A DNA stretch of 62,156 nucleotides, filler included, from an uncultured bacterium (GCA_964637655.1; 4 parts of 4 records of this genome joined end to end with filler, not necessarily neighbours in it); one strand, 5' to 3'. Counted from the whole stretch's first letter, positions 1 through 11,593 are shown. Program-made: numbers and translations. Notes: generated by a model not told the origin, from the letters alone.

Positions 1-2
1 CG

Positions 3-926
3 GGGTTCGTCGACCGGCTGGTGGCGACGGGCGCCAACCTCTACCACGACCTGCACTTTGCCTTCAATTTCCCGCTGCATGTCGGCACGCACATGGTTGA
101 CGACCGCGACCTGCGGGTCAACGACGTGGTGCGCATCTACGATGTGTTTCTCGGCTATTCCGACTGCCTGATGAGCACGGACGAGATCCTGCGCTCGATC
201 ATCGTGCAGCCCGAATTCCAGCGCGAGATGGGGACCTGCGAGTTCCACTACCTGCTCGGGCGTTATGCGGCGGAATGGGAGCGCAAGGCGGGGCTCAAGG
301 ATGTTTCCGTGCTGGCCGCGGCCTACCGCTGCGGCGTGCCGGTGTTCACCAGTTCGCCGGGGGATTCGACCATCGGCATGAATATTGCCGGGCTCGAACT
401 CGAGGGGATCAAACTGCGCATCAACCCGTCCATCGACGTCAATGAGTCGACCTCGATCGTGCTCGATGCCAAGCGCTCGGGTGGCAAGTCGGCGGTCTTT
501 CTCATGGGGGGCGGCAGCCCGAAGAATTTCACGCTGCAGACGGAGCCGCAGATCCAGGAGATCCTGCGCATCAAGGAAGTGGGGCAGGATTACTTTTTGC
601 AGGTGACCGACGCGCGGCCGGACACGGGCGGCCTGTCGGGCGCCACGCCGCATGAGGCGGTGTCCTGGGGCAAGGTCGATCCGAACCGCCTGCCGGACGC
701 CATTGTCTGCTATGCCGACACGACCATCGCGCTGCCGCTGCTCACGCATTACGCGCTGAGCACGGTCAAGCCGCGCAAGCTGAAGCGGCTGTACGACCAG
801 CGCGGCGCGATGATGGACAAACTGGTCAAAGAGTACTTCAAGCACAACCCGACGCGCCGCGACAAGATTGCCAAGGCGCAGCTGGAACGCGAACTGGCGA
901 AGGCAGGCAAACGCGCCAAGCGGTAG
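3..926 (+). CDS. speY: Deoxyhypusine synthase-like homospermidine biosynthesis protein (5' truncated by window)
   Basis: DHS-family motifs [18 protein letters not shown] and [23 protein letters not shown]. The frame is open back to position 3. Confidence 0.8.
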   Translation, partial: GFVDRLVATGANLYHDLHFAFNFPLHVGTHMVDDRDLRVNDVVRIYDVFLGYSDCLMSTDEILRSIIVQPEFQREMGTCEFHYLLGRYAAEWERKAGLKDVSVLAAAYRCGVPVFTSSPGDSTIGMNIAGLELEGIKLRINPSIDVNESTSIVLDAKRSGGKSAVFLMGGGSPKNFTLQTEPQIQEILRIKEVGQDYFLQVTDARPDTGGLSGATPHEAVSWGKVDPNRLPDAIVCYADTTIALPLLTHYALSTVKPRKLKRLYDQRGAMMDKLVKEYFKHNPTRRDKIAKAQLERELAKAGKRAKR

Positions 927-938
927 CATGACGACCAC

Positions 939-981
939 CAACAGCGTTGCCGGTTCGCTCCGGCAACGCTGTTGTTCTGTT
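939..981 (+). terminator. Intrinsic terminator
   Basis: Perfect 15-bp stem CAACAGCGTTGCCGG/CCGGCAACGCTGTTG with a 6-nt loop and T-rich tail, just after the stop at 926. Confidence 0.75.
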
Positions 982-1052
982 CCGGCAAACATGCGCGGCA
1001 TGCGGCGAATACGCAATTGAAGGACCAGGCCAATGCGGTCGCGGGGAAGAAG

Positions 1053-1868
1053 ATGAGCGTTCTACTCGTCGTGGGCGCGATATGTATCGCGCTGCTGCTG
1101 GGCGTCTGGCTGACGGGGTGTGCCTGGCAGCGCGCGATGATATTTTACCCGCGCCCGCTGGCGCCCGGCCGTGACGCGGAACTGAATTCCCGGCATGATG
1201 TCAGGCCGCTGACGGTCAGCGCGGCCGACGGCATGGTGTTGCGCGGTTGGCTGGTCGGGGCGGCGGACACGCCGGACATGCGGCCGGCGGTCATCTACTT
1301 CGGCGGCAACGCCGAGGAAATCTCGTGGCAGGCGGATGATACCGCGGTTTTTGCCGGGCAGGCGCTGGCACTGGTCTGCTATCGCGGCTACGGGAAGAGC
1401 GATGGTGAGCCGGGCGCGACGGAACTGCTGGCGGACGCGCTGGCGGTCTACGATGCGGTGGCGCAGCAGCCGGGCATCGATGCCCGGCGCATCGCCCTGA
1501 TGGGGCGCAGCATCGGCACCGGGCTGGCAGTGCATGTGGCCGCGCAGCGCCCCGTGACAGGGGTGGCGCTGGTCTCGCCGTATGACCGGTTCAGCCGCGT
1601 CGCGAAGGACCACTACCCGTATCTCCCGGTCGACCTGCTGCTCTGCCATAACATCGATGCCGAGGCGGATGCGCGGCAGGCAACGGCCCCGCTGCTGGCG
1701 GTTATCGGCTTGTCGGATGAGATAATTGCGCCGGCACGTTCACGCGCGCTGATCGATGCCTGGCAGGGGGAAAAACGCGTCGTCGAACTCGACGGGTGCG
1801 GCCACAACGACATGGAGCGTTTCCCGCGCTATACGGCGGCGCTGCGCGAATTCTTTGCCGGACTGTAG
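1053..1868 (+). CDS. Membrane-anchored alpha/beta hydrolase (ABHD13/Bem46-like)
   Basis: N-terminal TM, YFGGNAE, YRGYGKS, nucleophile GRSIG, DEII and GHND. Confidence 0.85.
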   Translation: MSVLLVVGAICIALLLGVWLTGCAWQRAMIFYPRPLAPGRDAELNSRHDVRPLTVSAADGMVLRGWLVGAADTPDMRPAVIYFGGNAEEISWQADDTAVFAGQALALVCYRGYGKSDGEPGATELLADALAVYDAVAQQPGIDARRIALMGRSIGTGLAVHVAAQRPVTGVALVSPYDRFSRVAKDHYPYLPVDLLLCHNIDAEADARQATAPLLAVIGLSDEIIAPARSRALIDAWQGEKRVVELDGCGHNDMERFPRYTAALREFFAGL

Positions 1869-1904
1869 CGCGGTCCGTGCCGCCCGCGGAAACGGTAAAC
1901 AGCG

Positions 1905-3110
1905 TCAGTGCGGTGGCGGAATGAAGGCGAAGCCGAGGGCGCCGAAGGGCGAATCACCGGTCGCGGCAGACCCGGCAAAGTTCATTTCCCGTTTTACCAG
2001 CGCGGCGGCGGCAGCGGGGGTCATGCCGCGCGACAGGATGCAATCCAGGTAGAGAAACTCGAACCCGGCGCTGGCGGCCCAGTCAATGCTCTCGGTGTAG
2101 CCGGAAACGGCACCGGGGTGGCTGCGCGGGAGCAGGGCGCGCACCTGACGCGGCGACTCGCCCGCCATGGCGGTGCAGCAGGAAAAGTTGAGCAGGATGA
2201 TTTCCGGGTTGCGCGCGAGCGCGTCGGCAATGTCGCGAGCGGGAACGTGTTCGCTGCCGGCAATAAAACCGTCGCGGTCGCCATGCCCGGAGAGGAGCAC
2301 GACGACGGGCCCGGTGAGGAAGGCCAGGTCACGTGCCGCGCGGCGGAAATCGGCGGCGCTGGTGACGGTGCGGCGGCGGACGCGGACCGACGGCGCGCGC
2401 TTGAAGAAGACCTCGAGCATCTCCCCGAAAGCGTAGGGAGCGTCACGCAGCGATTCCTCCCACGGACTCTCCAACACGACCAGCCACTTCTCGTCGGCGG
2501 CCGGCACGACGCGCGTGCCCGTCCACGACGACCATGCGCTGCTGTTGTCGGCTTTCCATTTGCCGGCAAAGGAATTGCCGTTGGCTGACAGTTCGAACCA
2601 CCCCTCGCCGGTGGCGGCGGGTTCGGCGTAGCGGAACGTGAGTTTGCTGCCGCTTACCGTACCGGAGAGCGAACTGCTGTCGCTGTAGGCATAGAGGCCG
2701 CTGACGCGGTCGCCGTCGCGCTGCAGGCGCATCATGCCGTACGAGGTGGCAAAGACGCCGGCAAAACCGCCGGCGGCAGTTATGACAACTGCCTCGCCGC
2801 GAGTGCCGTCCCAGTGCGACCACTCCGTGACACCATTGGCCCGCCAGGTGCCGGTGAATGACTGCCCGTCATCAGCAAAGGTAAACGTGCCTTCGCCCTG
2901 CACGGTGTTTTCGTCGTAGGTGAAGGAGAGACAGGTGCCGCCCAGCGTTCCGGCAATGGTGGCACCGCCGTCGTAATAGGTGCCGGTGACACGGTCGCCA
3001 TCCTGCTGCAGCACGAGTTCGCCGTAGGTGGTCTGCCAGGTGCCGCTGCAGTCAAAGGCAAGGGCGGGAACAGCACAGAGCAGCAGGCAGAGAGCAAGGA
3101 ACAGTTTCAT
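1905..3110 (-). CDS. Secreted protein: two repeated beta-barrel modules plus a C-terminal caspase/CHAT-like domain
   Basis: Signal peptide ending PALA. Two ~95-aa repeats (TxYGxxxLQxDGDRVxG...F.G.W). C-terminal LSGHG and NFSCC motifs. Confidence 0.6.
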   Translation of the reverse strand: MKLFLALCLLLCAVPALAFDCSGTWQTTYGELVLQQDGDRVTGTYYDGGATIAGTLGGTCLSFTYDENTVQGEGTFTFADDGQSFTGTWRANGVTEWSHWDGTRGEAVVITAAGGFAGVFATSYGMMRLQRDGDRVSGLYAYSDSSSLSGTVSGSKLTFRYAEPAATGEGWFELSANGNSFAGKWKADNSSAWSSWTGTRVVPAADEKWLVVLESPWEESLRDAPYAFGEMLEVFFKRAPSVRVRRRTVTSAADFRRAARDLAFLTGPVVVLLSGHGDRDGFIAGSEHVPARDIADALARNPEIILLNFSCCTAMAGESPRQVRALLPRSHPGAVSGYTESIDWAASAGFEFLYLDCILSRGMTPAAAAALVKREMNFAGSAATGDSPFGALGFAFIPPPH

Positions 3111-3230
3111 GGCAGCACCTCATGACAGGATGCGGGAAGTGTATCCTGCCCGTCGAGCAACGTCAATCTCCGTTTGCCCGCTGCGCCGGTCATGTTGAGC
3201 GGCAGAGGCAGGCATAGTAGAATGCGCGCC

Positions 3231-5054
3231 ATGGGCAGGAAGAGGAAAACCACGCCGGCGCCGGTTGCACCTGCGGTATCCGCGCCGGCAGCTACTCCGC
3301 CCGCGTTCCGGGCATGGGCGGCGGCCATCATCGTTGTGGCGCTGCTGCTGCGCCTGCTGGTGCTCTGGCAGACGCAGACGAACGACCCGTTTGCCGACCG
3401 GTTGCTCCCTGACGGCGACGAGCATTCTTTCCAGCGCTGGGCGGAACGCATCGCGGATGGTGACGTACGCGGCGACGGCTACTATGTGCAGGCGCCGCTC
3501 TATCCCTATGCCATGGCGGCGTTGTTCGCGGCCTCCGGCAAATCGCTAATGGCGATGCGCGCGGCGCAGGCGCTGCTCGACGCGGGGACGACGGGGCTGG
3601 TCATCGCATTCGGCACCCGGCTGCTGCCGCCCGGCGGCGGGCTGCTGGCGGGTGCGCTCTACGCGCTGCATCCCGTGGCATGGTTCTTCCCGACACGCAT
3701 CCTGCGCGACAGCCCCATGCCCTTCCTGTTTATGCTCGTGCTGCTGCTGGCAGTACGGGCGGAGGAAAAAAAGACGGGACGCTGCTGGTTTGCCGCGGGC
3801 TGCGCGCTGGGTCTGGCGCATCTCTGCCGCGAAAACGTATTGACGCTGACGGCGCTGCTGGCGGGCTGGACGTTGTGGCGGCGCTACCCGGTGCGGCAGG
3901 CGCTGTTGCCGCTGCTGGCGGGCGCGCTGCTGCTGCTCTCCCCGGTCGGGCTGCGCAACCTGTCGCTCGGGCTGTCACCGTTCACCATCACGCAGAACGG
4001 GGCGGTGGCGCTGGTGATGGGGAACGCGGCGGACGCGTCGGGTGTCGGCTATATCGTGCCGCCGTCGAACGAAACAATCACCCCGCAGGCAACGGGACTG
4101 TGGAGCACGGCGCGCGGCATTCTCGCCACCTATGACGGTATTCCTTTCGGGTTGGGGCCGCTTTACCTGCGCAAAGTGCACGGGCTGCTGACCAACCTCG
4201 AAATCGCCAACAACGAGAATTTCTATCTGGCGCGCGAACACAGTATGCTGTTGCATTTCCCGTACGGGTTCGGCGCTGTCTGGCTGCTGGCGCTGGCAGG
4301 TATCGCCGTGGTGCTGACACAGCGGACACTGCGGCAGCGGCATGCCGTGCCGCTGCTGCTGGGCGCGGTCTATGCCGCGACCGTGCTGCTCTTTTTCCAG
4401 CTCGCGCGGTTCCGGTTGCCGCTGCTGCCGCTGCTCTGCGTGTATGCGGCGCTGCTGCTGCAGGTACTGCCGCGCCTGCGGCGCGACGGGAAGCGGGCGG
4501 TGCTGGCGGGTGGCGTGGCGGCACTGACGGCAGCGGCGGCATTCATCCCGACGGCCTACGAACGCGCCCACGGGACGCAGCTGCCGCGCGAACAGGTGAC
4601 GCGGGCGCAGCTGGCGATGGCGGCGCAGGACTGGAACGCCGCAACAGCCCTGCTGCAGCAGGCGCTGGCAGCGGAACCGGGAAACGCGACGGCACACCTC
4701 AAACTCGGCATCGTGCGGCAGCAGCAGGGTGATACCGTCGCGGCACAGGCGGCCTATGCGCAGGCGCTGGCACTCAACCCGAACCTGTTCGAGGCATGGA
4801 TGAATATTGGCGGCTTGCTGCTGGAGCAGCAGAACTATCGCGACGCGGCGGAGCATTTTGCGACGGCGGCGCGGTTGCAGCCGCAATCGGCACTGGCATG
4901 GCGGCAGCAGGGAATTGCGCTGCTGCTGGCCGGGGATCCGCGGGGGGCGGTGCCGGCGCTGCAGCAGGCGCTGGCATGTGACCCTTCAGACCAGGAAGTG
5001 GCGGAACAACTGGAAATACTCAAACGTGCCGGCATACCCGCAGTTCTCCCGTAA
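3231..5054 (+). CDS. GT-C fold (PMT_2/ArnT-like) glycosyltransferase with C-terminal TPRs
   Basis: DE motif after TM1 (PDGDE), APLYPY, many TM helices, ARFRLP, and ~4 TPR repeats. Confidence 0.8.
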   Translation: MGRKRKTTPAPVAPAVSAPAATPPAFRAWAAAIIVVALLLRLLVLWQTQTNDPFADRLLPDGDEHSFQRWAERIADGDVRGDGYYVQAPLYPYAMAALFAASGKSLMAMRAAQALLDAGTTGLVIAFGTRLLPPGGGLLAGALYALHPVAWFFPTRILRDSPMPFLFMLVLLLAVRAEEKKTGRCWFAAGCALGLAHLCRENVLTLTALLAGWTLWRRYPVRQALLPLLAGALLLLSPVGLRNLSLGLSPFTITQNGAVALVMGNAADASGVGYIVPPSNETITPQATGLWSTARGILATYDGIPFGLGPLYLRKVHGLLTNLEIANNENFYLAREHSMLLHFPYGFGAVWLLALAGIAVVLTQRTLRQRHAVPLLLGAVYAATVLLFFQLARFRLPLLPLLCVYAALLLQVLPRLRRDGKRAVLAGGVAALTAAAAFIPTAYERAHGTQLPREQVTRAQLAMAAQDWNAATALLQQALAAEPGNATAHLKLGIVRQQQGDTVAAQAAYAQALALNPNLFEAWMNIGGLLLEQQNYRDAAEHFATAARLQPQSALAWRQQGIALLLAGDPRGAVPALQQALACDPSDQEVAEQLEILKRAGIPAVLP

Positions 5055-5090
5055 TTCCATTAGTTGAGTGCCTGGCACCGGAAGAAGGGA

Positions 5091-5119
5091 TTGACGGGGA
5101 TACGACAGCAACCTATACT
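5091..5119 (+). promoter_or_regulatory. Sigma70-type promoter, likely leaderless transcript
   Basis: TTGACG-N17-TATACT ending 6 nt before ATG 5126. Confidence 0.6.
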
Positions 5120-5125
5120 CGCACT

Positions 5126-6547
5126 ATGATGATGACGGAGAGCGGACGGACGATGCTGCGGCTGGCGGTGCTGGCACTGGTGGTGGCGGGCGGTTGTGCG
5201 GCGCTCGGCTATCAGGGACTGATGTTGTCCCCTGATCCCGACGTGCCACCTGATTTCAGCGATTTTGCGGTCACCAGCGGTGCGGCCCACCGGCTGGCAG
5301 CGGTGGCGGTGTCGGCAGTGTCACCGGTTGCCGGCGTGTGCGCCACGGTGCTGCTGACGCTGCTGACGGCATGGAGCGCGGGACAACTCGGCGGAGAAAG
5401 AGCGCGGTGGTGGGCGGGTTTGCTCACTGCGGTGAGTGCGGCGGTCATCCTGCCGGCACTGGCGTCCCCGTGGGTCGCGCTGCTGCTGACGGCGTGGGGT
5501 GTGCTGCTGGCCTCGGCGGTGGCGTATGACGTGCACCCGTCGGCATCACGCAGCGCGCTGGCCGGCGCGGCAGCGGGTGTGCTGGCCGGACTGCATATCT
5601 GGCTGCTGGTTGCCGGACTGTGGCTCCTGTGGCGGCTGCGGCGTCACGGCATCGTCTACCTCATTGCGGCGCTGCTGGCCGGCGGGGGCACGGTGCTGGC
5701 GGGCGGCACGGCGCTGCGCAGCGACGCGTATGATGTCGCGGGCATGCTGCCGGCGGCGATGGCGTGCGACTGGCAGCAGCAACTGGCGCTGCTGGCGGAG
5801 GTCAAACCGGCGGCAACGCTTCCCGCGGCGCTCGGCCTGGTCGCGGCAGAGTGGCGGACGGGTGAGCAGATGGTGCGGCTGGCGGACAATCTCGCGCGTT
5901 TCCTGCATCCGGCGGAAAGCGACGACGCCTACCCGTGGACGGCGGTGCGACTTCATTATTTTGTGCTGCGCCTGCTGGTCGGGTGGGTGCCGCTGGCGGT
6001 GCTGGCGCTGCTCGGGTGGCGGACGCTGCCGGACGCGCAGCGCGCCCTGCTGCTCCCCTTCGTGACGGTGCCGCTGCTGGCGGGGATGCTGTTCGCCCCG
6101 GCGTTGCTGTGGCGGGGTTTGCTGACGGTAGCGCTGTCGTACAGCGCGGCGCGCGGCATCGCGCGGCTGCGGGAAGCGGAGGCACCGCGCCTGGCCTGGA
6201 TGCTGGTGCTGGGCGCGATGCTGCTGTGGCAGTTCTGGCCGGCGGAAGCGACATCGTTGCGGACCTGGCGCGGGGCGGCGCAGCTGGCAATCCGGCACGG
6301 CGACACGGAGACAATGCTGCGGTTCGCCGAGGCCTGGGCAACGCGGGCAGCGACCGACGACGAGGCGTGGTGGCTGGCGCATTACGCGGCGCGCTGCCAC
6401 GGCAACCCGGCGCTGGCCCAGCAGTACCTGCTGCGCGCCTGCCTGTATGCGCCGAACGCGTACCGGCTGCGGGCGTACGCCATCGCGGAAGACGAACTGG
6501 CGGAAGCACTGGCACAGCAGGCGGCGTTCCTGCGGGGAGAGCGATGA
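5126..6547 (+). CDS. Polytopic membrane protein, possibly a divergent GT-C/TPR paralog
   Basis: Many hydrophobic helices and a helical TPR-like C-terminus. Stop overlaps the next ATG. Confidence 0.55.
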   Translation: MMMTESGRTMLRLAVLALVVAGGCAALGYQGLMLSPDPDVPPDFSDFAVTSGAAHRLAAVAVSAVSPVAGVCATVLLTLLTAWSAGQLGGERARWWAGLLTAVSAAVILPALASPWVALLLTAWGVLLASAVAYDVHPSASRSALAGAAAGVLAGLHIWLLVAGLWLLWRLRRHGIVYLIAALLAGGGTVLAGGTALRSDAYDVAGMLPAAMACDWQQQLALLAEVKPAATLPAALGLVAAEWRTGEQMVRLADNLARFLHPAESDDAYPWTAVRLHYFVLRLLVGWVPLAVLALLGWRTLPDAQRALLLPFVTVPLLAGMLFAPALLWRGLLTVALSYSAARGIARLREAEAPRLAWMLVLGAMLLWQFWPAEATSLRTWRGAAQLAIRHGDTETMLRFAEAWATRAATDDEAWWLAHYAARCHGNPALAQQYLLRACLYAPNAYRLRAYAIAEDELAEALAQQAAFLRGER

Positions 6548-9500
6548 TGGCACTGCATGACACGGGCGAGCCGCTGTTTGCCTTAGCGGAACGCCTCGCG
6601 CGTGACGGGGCGTATCGTTTCCCGTTCGACGGGGCGCCCCTCGAGGAGAAAATCGCCGGGCTGCTGCCGGCTGCGGAAGTGGCGCGGCGCGCGGCGGTGC
6701 TGGCGGCACTGCCGGTGGCGGAGTACATCGCCGCGGCAGTGGCGCCGTCGGAGGACAGCCGCCGGCCCGGGGCGCGGGCGCTGCTCGCGGCACTGCCGGC
6801 ACAGCGGCTGCGCGTGGTGGAGGACGGTCCGCTCTACGCGGCGGAACTGGAACTGGCGGTCGGGGAGACGCGCCGTCGGGTCGGAGTGCTCGCACAGGAG
6901 CGGACGGTCAACCACGGGGTGTGGGGCCCGCAGCATCACCGTCATGCCATCGCGCTGGCGCGCACCTTCGCCACGCACAAGATGCCGATCATCACCTTTA
7001 TCGACACCCCCGGGGCGGACGCGGGGGAGGAAGCCAACCGCGCCTGCCAGGCGCACAGTATCTCGCACTTCATCGCGGAGAGGGCGCAGATTGATGTGCC
7101 GGTGATCGGCGTCATCATCGGCGCGGGCGACTCGGGCGGCGCCAGCCCGCTGGGGACGGCGACNNNNNNNNNNCCGCACGCAATGCATCGGCGAGCGCCT
7201 GCACGTCGATCAGCGCGCCGCGCGCGGAATCCGCGCCATCCCGCTGGGGACGGCGAACGTGCTGCTGAGCGTGCGTGACGGCATCTGCAACACCATCCAG
7301 CCGCGCGGGCTGGCGAGCATCGCGCGCAAGCAGGGACTGTCCTGGCAGGAATGCGCGCGCATCGTCGGCCTGTCGGCGTACGAACTCTGCCGGCAGGGGG
7401 CGGTGGACGGGGTCATCGACTTCGTCCCGGGCGAGGAACCGGCGAATCTCGCGCGGGCGCTGGTGAGTGCGGTGTTGGCGGTGGAGGAGGATGCGCGGCA
7501 GTTCGCCGCGGCCCACCCGCAGTTCCTCGACCATTACGCGCGCAGCGTGCAGCGCTTCCTGCAGCCCTCGACCGAGCTGCGCAAGGTGCAGGCGCTGTCG
7601 TCGCTGTCGCTGGGGAGCGACCCGACCTCCTATCTCAACGTGTTCGGCACGGTCTTCCGCTTCACGCGGCATCTCGGGCTGCGGCGGCGGCTGAAATACG
7701 CGACGCGGTCACGCTACGCGGCGCTGGCGGCGGAGACGGCGCCGGCCACGGCGGCACGGCGTGCGGCCCGGCAGCAGGGTGGACTGGAGCGCTGGCTGGC
7801 GCAGCCGCTGGTCATCCGCTACGACGAGGAACTGCTGGCGGCGTGGCGCGCCTTCACGGCCAAGCAGCATGTGTTGGGCGAGCAGCGCGGGGCGCTGGCG
7901 CGGTTCATCTTCGGCAACCCGCGGCAGAATTACCGGCGGACGCTGCGGCGGCTGACGCTGACCTGTGCCTTCCATCTCTACACGCTGTGGAAGGCGGACG
8001 CCCCGGCACAGGTGCGGGAACTGATGCACTGGCTGCGCGCGCAGCCGCTGCAGCGGCTGCCGGCGGACGGCGACCTGACCGTGCCCGACCTGCTGCGCAC
8101 CCCGGCGGTGCGCGACGATTTTCTCGGCGAATGCGACAACCTGCTGCTGTTCGACGCGGTCTACGAGGGGCTGCTGGCGCGCATGCCGCTGCTGGCGCGC
8201 AGCGCGGTGCGCGAGGCGGCCATCCCGGCGCCGGCATTGCAGGAACTGCTCGACGCGGTGTTCATCGATATCTCGTCACGCACGGGGGGGAGCGTGACGG
8301 CGGAGGTACTGGCCACGCGCTTCTTCCAGTGGCTCGACCTGCTGCAGCGGCATGCGGGACGGGTGGCATGGCTGCGGCGCACGCAGGCATGGAAACTGCA
8401 GGCGCATCCGCGGCTGGCGCCCCCGCTGGTGGCGATGGCCACCTACCTGTGCGAGCGGCTGATTCCCGAGTATGCGGCGGCGCAGGCCGGGCGGGGGCGG
8501 TACACGGGCGAAGTCAACCTGCGCGACATCGGCATGCGCGACTTCTGGCACCGGCTGGTGCGCGCCTACCAGGACGTGCTGATCAGCGAGGAGCTGCTGC
8601 AGGCGAAGCGGGCAACGCCGGTGACGGCGGAAGGGCTGCGCGAAGCGTTCTTCACGGAGTTCCGCGAACTGGACACCGACCTGATGACGGCGGACCCGGC
8701 GCGTTTTCCGGGGTTCCGCGAGTCGCTGGCCGCGGCGCTGGACAAGGGGATCACCCCGTGCGGCATCATCACCGGCATCGGCACGCTGCGCGCGGGGGGA
8801 CGGCAGGTCGGGGTGGTGCTGTCGAACGCGGCGTTCCAGGCGGGGGCGTTCGACATGGCGAGCGCGGAGAAGTTCTGCCGCCTGCTGGCGCGCTGCGCCC
8901 GTGCGTCGCTCCCTGTGGTCTGCTTCATCTCGTCGGGCGGCATGCAGACGAAGGAGGGGGCGGGGGCGCTGTTCGCCATGCCGCTGCTCAACGACCGGCT
9001 GACGCGGTTTATCCGCGACCACGAACTGCCGGTCATCTGCTTCGGTTACGGCGACTGCACGGGCGGGGCGCAGGCGAGTTTCGTCACGCATCCGCTGGTG
9101 CAGACGTACTATTTTTCGGGCACCAACATGCCGTTTGCCGGGCAGGTGGTGGTGCCCGCGCACCTGCCGCAGGAGGTGACGCTGTCCAACTACCTGGCGC
9201 AGACGGCGGGGGCGATGCGCGGACTGGTGCAGCATCCCTTCCTGCCGGAACTGGATGCGCGGCTGCGCGAAATCGATCCGCAGATTCCGGTGGCGCAGAC
9301 GACGGTGGCGGAGCTCATTACCCGGATCATCGCCTGGGACCTGCTCCCCGCGCCCGCGGCGGCGCCCGAGCCGCCGGCGGAGGAAGAGGTGCTCTGCCGC
9401 CCGCTGCGCAAGGTGCTGGTGCATGCGCGCGGCTGCGCGGCGGTAAAAATCGTGCTGCGGGCGCAGGCACTCGGACTGCAGGTGATGCTGGTGCAGTCGG

Positions 9501-11158
9501 ACGCGGATATGCGCTCGGCGGCGGCGCAACTGCTGCGCCCGGAGGACCGGCTCGTCTGCCTCGGCGGGAACACCCCGGCGGAGAGCTACCTCAATGCGCG
9601 GAGCGTCATCCGCATCGCCGAGCGCGAGGGGGCGGACGCGCTGCATCCCGGCATCGGCTTCCTTTCGGAGAGTCCGGAGTTCGCGGCGCTGGTGCGGCGG
9701 CACCACCTGGTGTTCATCGGCCCGCGCGTACGCAGCATGGAACTGATGGGGAACAAGGCCAACGCCATCGCCACGGCGCAGCGGCTGCGCATCCCGGTGG
9801 TGCCCGGCAGCCACGGGGTGGTACCCGACGCGGCGACGGCGGCGGAACTGGCGGAACACATCGGCTTTCCCGTGCTGCTCAAGGCGGTATATGGCGGCGG
9901 CGGGAAGGGCATCGCGGTAGCGCGCAGCGCGGACAAGGTGCGCGAAAAGTTCGCGGCCATCGCCACCGAAGCGCAGAACGCCTTCGGCAACGGCGACATC
10001 TACCTGGAGAAGTATGTCGAGTCGCTGCGGCACATCGAGGTGCAGGTGCTGCGCGACCGCGCGGGATGCACCCTGGTGCCCGGGCTGCGCGACTGCAGCG
10101 TGCAGCGCAACAATCAGAAGGTGGTGGAGGAGTCGGACTCGACGCTGCTCCCGGCGCACCTGCGCGCGGAGGCGCTGCGGTATGCGGCGGCCATTGCTGA
10201 CGGCATCGACTACCTCGGGGCGGGAACGGTCGAGTTCATCTATGACCTGCCGGCGCAGGCGCTCTACTTCATGGAGATGAACACGCGCCTGCAGGTGGAA
10301 CACCCGGTGACGGAACTGGTGAGCGGGGTGGATATCGTCGGGGCACAGTTCGCCATCGCGGCGGGGGGGAGCATCGCGGACCTGCAGCCGCGGGCGGAGG
10401 GGTACGCCATCGAGGTGCGGCTGAACGCCGACCGCCCGGTGGCGGCGGCTGACGGCACGCTGACGCTGCGCCCGAACGCGGGGACAGTGACGGAGTGCAT
10501 GCTGCCGGAGGCGGACGGGATCACGGTGCTGGCGACGCTGCGGCGCGGCGGCACGGTATCGCCTTTTTATGACAGCATGGTCGGGCAGCTTATTGCGCAC
10601 GGGCAGGACCGCGCGCAGACCATCGACCGGCTGGCAGCGTATCTGGCGACAGTACGCGTCGAGGGGGTGGCGACGAATCTGGCGCTGCTGCGCCTGATTC
10701 TCGCGGATGCGACCTATCGCGGCGGCGACTATGACACCACGTTTCTGCCGCGCCTGCTGGCGCGCTGCAATCGGGCGGCACTGGTGGCGGCGACGGAAGC
10801 GGCGGCGGCGCAGGTGCCGGCAGCGGACCTGGCGGAACGCATTCGCATCGCGGGGAGTGACGAATTGCGCGTGGTGGCGCCCGGGGCGGGAGTGTTCTAC
10901 CGCACCGCGTCGCCGGGTGAACCCGAACTGGTGCGCGAGGGTGAGACCATTACCCCGGATCAGCCGCTGGGGTATCTCGAAGTGATGAAGACGTTCACCC
11001 CGCTGACGCTGGCGCAGTACCGGGCAGGGGAGCAGCCGCTCTACCCGGCGGCGCGCTACACGGTAGTGCGCATCAGCGCCGCAGGGGGGGGGCAGGTGAA
11101 TCCCGGCGATCTGCTGTGTGTCGTCAGGCCATTGACAGTACAGGCGGAGTTGTGCTAA
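6544..11158 (+). CDS. Single-chain biotin-dependent acyl-CoA carboxylase (CT-alpha, linker, CT-beta, BC, BCCP), split by an assembly gap
   Basis: AccA-like PIITFIDTPGA; AccD-like AGAFD..SAEK, SSGGMQTKEG and TGGAQASF; biotin carboxylase HPGIGFLSE, GGGGKG, RDCSVQR and EMNTRLQVEHPVTE; biotinyl motif EVMK. The frame changes across the N gap at 7164-7173, where PLGTA is duplicated. Confidence 0.8.
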
Positions 11159-11169
11159 AATCGTCCACC

Positions 11170-11592
11170 ATGGAAACGGTCATTCCGCGCAAGGAACTGC
11201 GCATCTTCGGCATCGGACTCGGCGTGATCCTGCTGCTGCTGGCCGCGCTCTTTTTCTGGCGGGCCGGGCATCACCCGGAATCGGTGTGGCGGCATTATGT
11301 CTGGCAGGTGGCGGGGAGTTGCGGGGTCATTTTCCTGATTTTCGGGGCAGCCATGCCGGCCAGGCTCGCCCCGGTCTACCGGGTCTGGATGCCGTTCGCG
11401 GAGAAGGTCGGGAACTTCAATACGCAGGTGCTGCTTTTCCTTACCTTCTGGCTGGTCATCGGCCCGGTGGCGGTGCTGCGCAAACTGACGGGGGCGGACG
11501 ACCTGCGGTTGCGCAACCGCGAGCAGCCCACGTACTTCAAGACCAAGGAACAGAAACCGGTAACCATCGCCACCTGCCGGAGGCAGTTCTGA
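11170..11592 (+). CDS. SxtJ-family membrane protein
   Basis: KELRIFG, YRVWMPFAEKVG and C-terminal RRQF. Lies upstream of a carbamoyltransferase. Confidence 0.75.
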   Translation: METVIPRKELRIFGIGLGVILLLLAALFFWRAGHHPESVWRHYVWQVAGSCGVIFLIFGAAMPARLAPVYRVWMPFAEKVGNFNTQVLLFLTFWLVIGPVAVLRKLTGADDLRLRNREQPTYFKTKEQKPVTIATCRRQF

Positions 11593-11593
11593 G

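Noticed and set aside
7164-7260. Programmed frameshift or pseudogene in the carboxylase
   Set aside because: The shift coincides with an N gap flanked by degraded duplicate sequence, so an assembly artefact is the simpler explanation.
7351-10600. Long alternate-frame and antisense ORFs (949 aa, 774 aa and similar throughout)
   Set aside because: These are shadow ORFs of high-GC coding regions, Arg/Ala/Gly-rich with no motifs.
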